The position numbers were made by a program, and so were the translations under genes. Under the pieces are notes generated by a model, which was given only the letters and a program-made list of their open reading frames with translations, was not told where the DNA came from and searched no databases. A stretch of 61,632 nucleotides of DNA, filler included, from Squatina squatina (Eukaryota): assembly GCA_031763465.1 (NCBI GenBank). It is 3 parts of 3 records of this genome, joined end to end, with 100 filler letters (N's around TTAATTAATTAA, not from the genome) between each part and the next. Parts side by side here need not be neighbours in the genome. Positions count along the whole stretch, not along the records: positions 42,747 to 61,632 come from JARFOE010000100.1; 2 more parts are not named here. One strand, written 5' to 3'. Positions 51,586-61,632 of this stretch are shown here, piece by piece; positions within the stretch are counted from its first letter, which is position 1; every line of letters starts with the position of its first letter.

Positions 51586-52142
51586 AATATGTAAGGAGAA
51601 AAAGATTAGTGAAGACGAATGTAGGTTTCTTACAGTCAGAAACAGGGGAATTTATAATGGAGAACAAAGAAATGGTGAAGCAATTAAACACATAGTTTGG
51701 TTCTGTCTTCACAAAAGAGGACATAAATAACCTCCCAGAAATTTTAGGGAACCAAGGGCCTAGTGAGAGGGATGAACTGAAGGAAATCAGTATTAGTAAA
51801 GAAAAGTGCTGGGGAAATTAATGGGACTGAAAGCCGACAAATCCGCGGGGCCTGATAATCTACATCCCAGAGGAGTAAAAGAGGTGGCCATGGAAATAAT
51901 GGATGCATTGATTGTCATCTTCCAAAATTCTACAGATTCTGGAGCAGTTCCTACAGATTGGAGGGTGGCAAATGTACACCCCACTATTTAAAAAAGGAGG
52001 GACAGAGTAAACAGGGAATTATAGACTAGTCAGTCTAACAGTGGTAGGGAAAATGCTAGAATCTATTGTAAAGGATGTGATTACAAGACACTTGGAAAGT
52101 ATCAACGGGATTGGACAAAGTCAACATGGATTTATGAAAGGG
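51586..52142 (+). mobile_element. CR1 LINE ORF2 fragment (tether and start of RT), frameshifted
   Basis: KLMGLKADKSAGPDNLHPRGVKE...VPTDWRVANV...GNYRLVSLT..VGKMLESIVKD...QSQHGFMKG. Confidence 0.93.
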
Positions 52143-54294
52143 NNNNNNNNNNNNNNNNNNNNNNNNNNNNNNNNNNNNNNNNNNNNNNNNNNNNNNNNNN
52201 NNNNNNNNNNNNNNNNNNNNNNNNNNNNNNNNNNNNNNNNNNGAAGCACCGTAATTTCAGGCCCATTAACTTTGATTCTACTATCCAGCTGTAGAATGTT
52301 ACACAAGTCCCTCATTAATAACTTAACAAGCCATGGCCCTTGGAGGTGTAGGAATTCTCAGGGCTGCACTAACACAGACAGCATTTTATACCAACATTGC
52401 ACCTGTTACTCACACATACATTTCCCTGGCTCATGTTATCAAAGAACTGAACATATGGCTCATTGTGTTCAACACAAACTGTGTTGGGAGTGTCATGGCT
52501 TATTTTTTTATTCGTTGAGGGGATGTGGGTGTCGCTGGCAAGGCCAGCATTTATTGCCCATCCCTAATTGCGTCTACTATTAATTGGGTCTATTATTATG
52601 TAAGACATTCTCAATATACTAATGGGAGGCGTTATATGTATTTTTAAAATAAGTATCAACTTAAGATCTTGTCTAACAGATGATGCAATATCAGGAGGAA
52701 GTGCTAACCGGCTATTCATCTGTTAGGGTTAATTTTCTATGTAATCTTCTCACCTGGAACCCCTGCAGTCCTCTGTTATGCTGAATTGAAAAACACTGAA
52801 GCTCCCTACCTTGTGTAATCAGCCTGGATTTCACACAGCAATTTTTTGAGGCTGCGCCTGAGAGCTCCAGCTCCTTCATGTTTAAAGAATTTCACTGAGG
52901 TTACACTCTGAAGCAGTATCTGCTGTAGCATCTGCACTAAGGGTCGTATGGGTTGTGCAAGGAGAGTGCAAATCTGGGTAAGTTACAAGCAGGTCCAAAT
53001 TCAGAAAAGCCCAACAGAAAGATTTGCTTGAATTTTCAGGTTAACCATTGTTCACTCGTGACATTGGTGCTTCCAGCATGGCTCAGAATTCACTGGCTTG
53101 GTCACCAAAGGAAAATCTAAACCAGAGCTTTTTACCTGTAGCTTCAGGTGTACGTTTAGGCACAAAATGACATGCAGCGGTGAGTAGAAAGACACACAAT
53201 GTACACCTGAATACAGGACTGTCGAGTAATTCCCCACCTCTAATGTGAGGCCCGTTTTCTCCCCTCCTGAACATTATGCTCGGGTGGGATTTTCCAAGTG
53301 CCAGAAGTCCTTTGGCACCTTTGCCCAATTGGTCGTTCTTCATGTGCCAGTTTTGATGCTGATTGTTAGCGGGCTATTTGACTGTAAATAGCACCACATC
53401 TGAGGCTAATTCTGACCTAAGCTGAAGTCCACACGTACACGCTTTGCAAACCGGATCATTGGATAGTGATCCGGATTGGAAACGTTAGCTGATTTTCCTT
53501 TCTGCCTATCCAGGAGGCACGTAGGCCAGCTTTAGCCTGCCAACTGAAATCGGCTCCTTGTCCGGAAATCAGGGATGAAACCAATGTTCTTGCTAAGCTG
53601 CGCAGCTGGGCAGCCATCTGCAATGACCGGCGCAGGCCGTTCACTGGCTTTTCCACTGTAGATACTGCACGTGCACAAAAATTTGAACGGGCTGTACACT
53701 GGGGGAGGCAGGATGCAGTGCAGCTTAAGAGGGGTGCGCGGGGGGGTCGCGTTGAATGAAACCCTTCCTGGATTTGATGGCTCAATATCCCACTGAACCA
53801 CTAAAAATCAGAGTTTGCAGCTTCCACCATCCCATCCCCCATCCCCCGACCCCCGACCCACTCCACACCCCTCTGCCCCCAACTCTAAACAGCGCACACC
53901 ATGGCAAAATGGTCCAGATGGAGAGAACGAACAAGGACAGATGTTTCATGAATTTGACTATGGGCTTTGCTGGGAGCACAAGACTTAGAGAAATTGTACT
54001 CGATTATCCACGGACAAGTCGCACATTACCCACGGAATTCAACATGCTCCAGTAAATTCTCTTCGAGCTGTCTGCATTGGAACAGGCTGAACATGGAGGA
54101 AAAAAAGATCAGATCCTCTGCCATTCAAACACATAGCTTAGGGGTAGAGCCAAGGAATACCATCACGGAGATATCCGCAAGCTAAGCATTCCTGCCCCCG
54201 GCAAGAAACAGCAAGGCGAAAGAGAGCCGACTTGCAAGGAGAGGTTAGGGAATGTTGGAGTGGGAAAAAAAAGGCAAATGCTCAATTTTGATAC

Positions 54295-54446
54295 CTTGGT
54301 TGAGGTAAGTCAGTGTTTCTTCGTGGAGTTTGACAGCAGGAGATGTGGCTGCACAGAGCACATACTGGAATGGGAGCAGTTTGGCATCATTTCCTGGAGA
54401 GAGGTTTGACTCCTCATGTTTAAAAACTGGCAATGTCAGGACATCA
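54295..54446 (-). CDS. TFCP2L1: TFCP2L1 (CP2/LBP-1 family transcription factor) second exon, 152 nt
   Basis: Acceptor CCATTTCAG and donor AAG|GTATC. The peptide is [56 protein letters not shown] and LSPxNxAxL favour TFCP2L1 over TFCP2 or UBP1, and the same-strand CLASP1 neighbour agrees. Confidence 0.88.
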
Positions 54447-54867
54447 CTGAAATGGAACAACAGGCAATCATCAACTACAGTAAGCTCTATCAAAACTCTC
54501 CACACCAATTGTCATATTTGTAGTCAACAAAAAGACAAGAGAGATTCTTACTAGGATGAAAATAAGGACCATTTCACACTATGGCACTGCGATTGAGTGG
54601 CTGGTAACAGTGGGCTGATTTTTATTCATTTTGTGGCTAACGCAAGGATTTACGCAAGAGCTGCATGCACCCAAAGGTGGAATGCCTCACGAATAATACT
54701 CAAATCCAGACATTCCTTCAGGACGATGTTTCACAGTCTCTCAGAACCATACCTCATGTCCATTCTAAATACTTTTAGAACAAGAGCTAAAAAATACAAA
54801 ATATAGAAAACACATTCTCGCAGATTTGTTAGATTCTCAATATGTTGATAGGGTGAGATGAAGTAAC

Positions 54868-54952
54868 GCTCGTGTGGAGCATAAACACCAGCAAAGACCT
54901 GCTGGACCGAATGGCTAGTTACTGTGCAGTTAACTCGATGTAATTCTATGTG
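54868..54952 (+). mobile_element. CR1-type LINE/SINE 3' tail
   Basis: GCTCGTGTGGAGCATAAACACCAGCA.AGACC.GCTGGACCGAATGGC..GTT.CTGTGC...TCGATGTAATTCTATGT. Confidence 0.7.
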
Positions 54953-54975
54953 ATATATACATGCAAGTGGTTTGA

Positions 54976-55224
<249 letters not shown>

Positions 55225-55609
55225 TGAGTGTGGCTGGTGTATGGGCTCCAGCTCAATGCCGCTCCCCTCCGCTCTCCCCTGCGGTACAGTACTGGTGGGT
55301 ACAGTACTGGCGGGNNNNNNNNNNNNNNNNNNNNNNNNNNNNNNNNNNNNNNNNNNNNNNNNNNNNNNNNNNNNNNNNNNNNNNNNNNNNNNNNNNNNNN
55401 NNNNNNNNNNNNNNTGGCCTTGGCAACGGCAGGTTTTAGATCATGGAGCATTTGCTTTCATCTCATGATCTTTATTCCACATTGAAGTCTGAAGTCAACA
55501 AAAGTGTACCTCACTAAAATAAGCCTCATTTTTTGGTAGGATTCTGGAAAAAAAAACTGTTACCTACAACAGCAACCGAGGTCGAGGTAGTCCCCAAAGA
55601 AATTGAGTT

Positions 55610-58600
55610 CTTCAAAATCTCCTTTTAATCTTTATTCTTTATTCCCTGTACAAGTGCCTAAACGAAATATCGATTTCAAGGTGCATTTTTCATGAACAAA
55701 TAAAAAGGCTTAACAGATGTCAAACTCTTCATGTAGGGTTTTATTCTACAGCAAACTTAAGCTTTTTTTTTTGTTGTTTTTTTAGCAAATTCTATCAACA
55801 GGTGAAAGTTAACAAAACCCATGTAGTTATCTGTACAGTTGCCATAATACACACAGATGAAACAAATATAAATACCGATATGGATATTACATGACGAAGC
55901 AAAAAAAGGTACATGCGCAGTGAACACTCTGCTAGGAACCATTCTGATGGTTGATGTGTCTCCGACATTTTCGTTTTAACCTAGTTTAGCCAACTTCTGG
56001 TATAGTCTATAAAATTTGGCTTCCATCCCTCATTAAACAGTAAGCTTGATTATATATCAAGGGAAGGGCATTCTTGTGACAGTAATGTACGTTACTTATC
56101 CACAGTCTCTGTAAGCTGTTAGTATGCTATCATAAAACAGATGACAAAAAAAATCCTTGACATCAGTTTTGTTTCTGCAGTTAGTTTAAATTCAAGGCGA
56201 GCACACATAGTGTACCTTTAAAAAAAAGCCACATGCCTTAAAACAGAACACTACCATAGGACTAAACAAGTAAAAACATTAGGATTGTATAATTTTGGTC
56301 GTCCATGCCTAGACCATTCGTGCAGCCGATGGATGGATGAATGGATGAAAGGCAAAGGCGACACTGCTGCGACATGCAGGCTGACTGTTGAGGTGTGAAA
56401 ATTCAGTCAGTTCTAGCAAGAGAGACCACCTCGTTCATAAAAGACATGGCAGATTAGATTGTAATATTTCAGGAAGCCAACCATTTTGAAAATGAGTTGG
56501 GGTTATTTCCCTTACATCCAATAGTTCAAAAAATTACAACAGCAGCAATCTTTTTCTCTTTACAGAAAGGAGTACAAATTAAAAAAAAAAAATCACACAT
56601 CCAATCTTTTACCTGCCTGTAGCAAAAACAAAACTTTTAAGGGAATAAAAGAAGGCCCATTATTATCACCAGTCATTTCCAGCTCAATGAATCCAGGGGA
56701 TTGAGGAGGAGGGAAATGTGAGGGGTAAGGGAAAACGAGGGTGGGGAACACAGCATGCACCAACCAAATGTCCTTAAAGCATACAGTTAGTTTCAGGTAA
56801 CTCAATAATTAACCCTTAATCACAGTATATACAGCTTAGAATGGCATTATGAACATTGCACTGATGTCTATATCTGAAACAGAGATTCTCAGCATTTTTA
56901 AAGTTAAGATGACAAAACATATTCAACAAACAAGTACTGAAAATGGTTGCCATTCTAAGTTACATTTGACAAATCTACGGGCTATAAATGGTATTTAACT
57001 TTCAAAATCAGAGTTTGCCAGTGTTGAGCATTGCATGTCTACCTGTCAGTCATCACGTGAATGGACAATTTTTGCCTTCTTTAAAACCACATTTTAAAAA
57101 CATGATTCATTAAATGTACAGCTGTCCACACGTGCAATTAAAAAGATGCTGGATTATATCAAAATTACTTCTCCTCCAATTGGGTTTTTGGTCCCAATAA
57201 TGAAGACATGAAGTTTAAGAAAAAAAATCACCTAAATACAAAAACAATAAATGCGTATTTGATACCAGAGTTTAGTTACATTCCCAATGTTTTATTCTCC
57301 ATTTTGTATACTTACCTTACAATTAGACAAAAGCAGTTCTGAAAATTAATTGCATTGTAAACAATACTAAACTCCACAATTTGAAGACATACAAGTTATG
57401 AAGTTGAGAACTGTATCATGGAAACATTTTCTCTCTAGCTACACATTTAGTGTGCTCTTTGTGTATTTTGAAATCTGATAAGATGTCAGCTATAATTCTA
57501 GTCAACTAAAGGTGAAAAGGACCCACACTCAAATTTCAAACTAATGTTTCATAAAAGAAAACTGAAAATATGAAGCAATTTGTTGTGTATTACAGTACAG
57601 CCAGGTCTTTAATTTCAAGAAAAACAACTGAAAAAGAACTAAAAACGTTTGGATCATTTCAATCTTGTAATGGTACAGAAACATAAAATACAGTACTAAA
57701 GAAATGAAAAGGATCATGATGAACACTTTACATAAAAATATCCAACAGTTTGCCAACAACATCAATACTCCAGAGGATGAACCAGTCAATTTATGACTAC
57801 ATGACTTTGGTCAAATCTAATGGGGAAATAAAATATATAAAGACTAAGTTTACATGTTTGAGTTTCTGCTGTTGCCCTTTCCTTAGCTAATGCCGATAAT
57901 ACTTTCACCACATTGAACATATGAAAGGCAAACGGGAATATCTGGATCACCCACCTGTAAGTTGAGTCATCAAGATTTTTTAAAAATCAAAATTATCCTC
58001 TACATACTATAGAGTAAAATATATCAAGGAAAATCATAAGGACAACTATCCCATTAAGAACAACTGGACAAATGCATACAACTTTTCTCGTGTCCTACAA
58101 CAGTTCCCCCAGGTGACCAACTTTAATTCTTTTGCCTAGCAAAGCACCCAGAAGTGTTAAGATGAGATCGCCATGGCTCCATTTGAGGAGAGGGAAGAAA
58201 AACTCAATATGCTGCAAAGTAGTAAAAGATTTAAGAAATTATTTCTTGGGATTGGAGGGAGCTGAAATTTCAAATAAAACAAATGCCAACAGAATGTTAA
58301 TAACTCAATAATAAAAACTCAAGACAACTAAAAAAATGTTCAAAAAATAGGATTACACATTTAAGTACAACATCCATTCAAAAGAAATCCTGAGGAAAAG
58401 TCCACATCAAAACTTCAGACATGTCAAGATGTTGGGACACAAGGAATGGAGGATGGTAACAATGTGGAGGGTAATGGCAATTACTGCACTAAAGACAATT
58501 TATGGAGATAAAAGGACCCACGTGCTCAGGATCCAGATTTGAGTATTACACTATTTCCTTAATAGTGAGTTCAAGTCAGAAGTATTTTGGTCAATGTTAT

Positions 58601-60789
58601 TCCTATGACTGACTGACTATATTTTCATATATCCCATTGGACCAACAGCTGAATGTTGATCCATCCTAACTGGTAGCAATTTAAAAGCAATGGGTTAAAT
58701 GCTACTTGGGAACAGGAATGCCTAGGTATTTATTCACACAGCACACAAAAGAGCAGGGAAATTTTATATGGCCGTTAATCAGACTAAAACAAGAAAGGAC
58801 ACCAGCACAGAATATAGTCCAAGGGTAGCCATAGCATCATGGGCAGTGCTTTACTCCAGGATATTAGAGGAGGAGTGTTTACCCAGTGCCAAACTAGAAA
58901 ACAATGAGGCAATTGGCTTGGTCCCTGAGGAAGGAGGTTTCTTGGCCACTCCAATTCCTCCCAACGCTTTCTGCCTCTTCTGTTGCTGTGAGAAGACTGA
59001 CCTTGAGGAGACGATGATTCCCTTTGATCAGTTCTGTCTCTCTGGCACAACTTGTGCCTTTTAAGACAGGGATTCTGTCTGAGCATTTCAGCCTAAGCCA
59101 TTGAAGTCTTTTGTTTCTCATCCTTCCTTGAAATTTGTCACAATTCAGAAACTGCTACGTTATGAGGGCAAGGAAGACACTATCCAAGTCTAAACAGTGG
59201 GAAAGAACAGTTTCTTGTAATTACATCAGAATCTTAAATTCAGAGCTGGCATAAACAATGCCAGGGGAAAAAAGGCAAGTTGTGATCAAACTCAAGAAAT
59301 CTTTTGTGGCAACAACCCAAAAAATGGGCATGGAGCTGAAAAAAATTACAAATGTCATCCGTGCAAACAAATTGTTGGTTAAGATGGGGCAAGAAAAACC
59401 AAAGATGGTCACCAGAGGGACGCAGATAGGGAAGACCATTGGTACTCAAGTCTTTAACTGGATAAGTGTTCCTACTGCACAGCTTACATAGTCATAATAT
59501 GTGGAGGATAAGAATAATTGCAGACTTGCGACTTACACAGATCCTATGGAATTGTTTCCACCATAGCATAATGTAAAATCATCATGTGACAAAACATCAT
59601 CTTCTGTGGATCATAATTTAGGCAGCCAAACTTGGAATGTCAACCTGAATTGCAATGTCTAACTTGGCACGATCATTTCAGCTTTTCTCCCCCACATTGA
59701 CCTGCTAAATTATACATTAGATCTTAATTCACATTTTAAAAANNNNNNNNNNNNNNNNNNNNNNNNNNNNNNNNNNNNNNNNNNNNNNNNNNNNNNNNNN
59801 NNNNNNNNNNNNNNNNNNNNNNNNNNNNNNNNNNNNNNNNNNNNNNNNNNNNNNNNNNNNNNNNNNNNNNNNNNNNNNNNNNNNNNNNNNNNNNNNNNNN
59901 NNNNNNNNNNNNNNNNNNNNNNNNNNNNNNNNNNNNNNNNNNNNNNNNNNNNNNNNNNNNNNNNNNNNNNNNNNNNNNNNNNNNNNNNNNNNNNNNNNNN
60001 NNNNNNNNNNNNNNNNNNNNNNNNNNNNNNNNNNNAGAGAGAGGAAGTGGAAGTGACAGAGAGAGAAGAAAATACAATAGCTTAAAAAAAACACTGAGGT
60101 CTATAACACAACAGCTTCTGAATCTTTTACCAAACTGCAGTGTTACAGGTTCCCAAAAAGCAGGATCATGCCTTTTTAGTGTTGCCATTTGTCTCCAATT
60201 GATAGATGGTGCCTATATCATAATGCAATTGAAAAATCAAAGTGTGAATACTGGCAGAACTTGCAAAAATTTGCTCTAGTCTTCTGCAGTAGTAAAAGTC
60301 CAGTCCAGTGAGACATCATATGGCTTAGCAACTAACTTGGCAGGTCTAAACAAGTAGTTGCTAAGATATAGTTATGGCAATGTCATTTCTATTGAAATTT
60401 AATAACAGTAATTTGTTTATACATAATACTTAAAATTACAACATCTTGTGGAATAATACTCTATTAAGTATGTACGCCACATACTTCAGGTTTAAAGATG
60501 ACAAAAGTCTAACCTAGAATCAGTGCTGCATCACTTGACGTCACCACTGGACTGTCAAAGACTCACTACAGGCCTTCTTCTATTCATAGGTCACATGTTA
60601 AACAGGCATCACATTATGATTAAGTAACAGCTGTAAGATTAAAGCTAAGCAACTGCATATATTACTTAAGAACAAACACTGATGTGCAGCAATTTTTCAC
60701 TCCAAGGGCACGTGGATTTCAAAATTTCAGCAGAAAGGTCTCTGAAGAGGCACGGCTTCATCCGTTTAAAGAAACATGGCCGCTGTCCG
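55610..60789 (-). other. Probable long 3'UTR of CLASP1
   Basis: Follows the CLASP1 stop, is U-rich on the minus strand, is nearly free of transposons and ends at clustered poly(A) signals. It is interrupted by a gap at 59743-60035. Confidence 0.55.
55624..55643 (-). terminator. Tandem polyadenylation signals (AATAAA, AATAAA, ATTAAA), probable CLASP1 distal poly(A) site
   Basis: The minus strand reads TGTACAGGG AATAAA G AATAAA G ATTAAA, with an upstream UGUA and U/GU-rich sequence downstream. Confidence 0.6.
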
Positions 60790-60876
60790 TTAGCTGTGAC
60801 TCGACACGTCTGACGATGAGCTACTGTTGCTGTTTGTCGTCTGGGCTCTTTTTATGTACAAATTTAATAATTTCAT
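60790..60876 (-). CDS. CLASP1: CLASP1 terminal coding exon
   Basis: Acceptor TCTTTTGCAG, then MKLLNLYIKRAQTTNSNSSSSSDVSSHS-TAA. Recalled human CLASP1 ends MKLLNLYIKRAQTTNSNSSSSSDVSTHS, whereas CLASP2 differs after RAQT. Confidence 0.95.
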   Translation of the reverse strand: MKLLNLYIKRAQTTNSNSSSSSDVSSHS

Positions 60877-60964
60877 CTGCAAAAGATGCATAGAGTCAGA
60901 TAACAACTTAAGAATTTTAAAAGAAAACAATGCATGCACATACTTATTTGAAGGATTAAGCATT

Positions 60965-61110
60965 TAACTCATCACCTATCTCATCACTATATGTGGGATT
61001 TAGCTGGATTCAAATGGCTGCCATGTTTGCCTACATGACAATTATAATTCTCAATTTAATGCATGTGAAACACTGAGACACAAGGTGTTATACAAATACA
61101 AGTCTTTCCT
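60965..61110 (+). mobile_element. Degenerate Deu-SINE 3' fragment in the CLASP1 last intron
   Basis: TGTGGGA...AAATGGCTGCCATGTTTGCCTACAT...ATACAAATACAAGTCTTTC. Confidence 0.6.
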
Positions 61111-61632
61111 TTAAATATACTTTAAGCAATGTTTAATTTAAGAAAACATAATTCTGACAAGTATATGATAAATGAGATCTATTGTTAAAATGTTGTCTTT
61201 TTGCCTAACGCACCAACTCATCCATCAAATGACTGAAAAAAGAAGTGCCTACAATTTTAGAGTGCAACAAAACAAGTAGACCAGGCCATGGTCAGATCTG
61301 CATGGTACTCACTATATTGCTCCACCACAGCACAGCAGATTAGATTCCCTCCCTCCGGAATTTTTCTGGAGCATTTTGAATACTACAACAGTTCTGCCTT
61401 TGAAGCTCAAAAATATTTTATTCTGGAAATGTTACCAAAATTGTTGCAAGGTACAATTGACTCAACTTATGTTCATAGTTGATTAAACCACTGCAAATCT
61501 ACATGTATGCATCTACCAAAGCTGAATAAGGTAAATAAGTAATGTCCCAGATAAATTGTTTCAAGGATGCTAATGAAGCAGCCACCGAATGGGCGGAATA
61601 GCCTGTGACTGACATTGATACTTTTATGCCTG

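Noticed and set aside
58768-59491. Cluster of overlapping 69-100 aa ORFs, one of them hydrophobic
   Set aside because: They lie within the probable CLASP1 3'UTR, have stops close upstream in the frames checked and show no recognisable homology.
55610-60789. SECIS element or U4atac snRNA near CLASP1
   Set aside because: CLASP1 is not a selenoprotein and I did not find a SECIS core by eye. RNU4ATAC lies in a 5' intron of CLASP1, outside this window.

Overview
This is eukaryotic vertebrate DNA, most likely from a shark or other cartilaginous fish judging by the SINE, CR1, L2 and Harbinger repeat content. It comes from a fragmented draft assembly of ~1-5 kb contigs joined mostly by ~100-N gaps, with two artificial TTAATTAATTAA linkers (27806, 42691) splitting the window into three blocks. 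Almost all ORF-track entries are spurious. Real coding sequence is confined to six isolated spliced exons: EDIL3 (27301-27429 +), SECISBP2 (28190-28356 +, apparent GC donor), the FAM222A first coding exon (37244-37325 +), TFCP2L1 (54295-54446 -), TEX261 (55003-55156 +) and the CLASP1 last coding exon (60790-60876 -) with a probable ~5 kb 3'UTR. The CLASP1-TFCP2L1 order and strand match human 2q14. The rest is intronic or intergenic, with decayed PIF/Harbinger transposons (Myb/SANT gene plus HARBI1-like nuclease), MITEs, CR1/L2 fragments, Deu-type SINEs and a Penelope-type palindromic element. I see no prokaryotic, CRISPR or defence system and no clearly new biological system. The best leads are a TEX261 exon interleaved with TFCP2L1, a terminally redundant Harbinger-bearing contig, two strong hairpins, a degenerate hammerhead motif and Pbx-Hox/Meis-rich enhancer-like blocks. 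Gene names come from my recall of vertebrate protein sequences, not from database searches.
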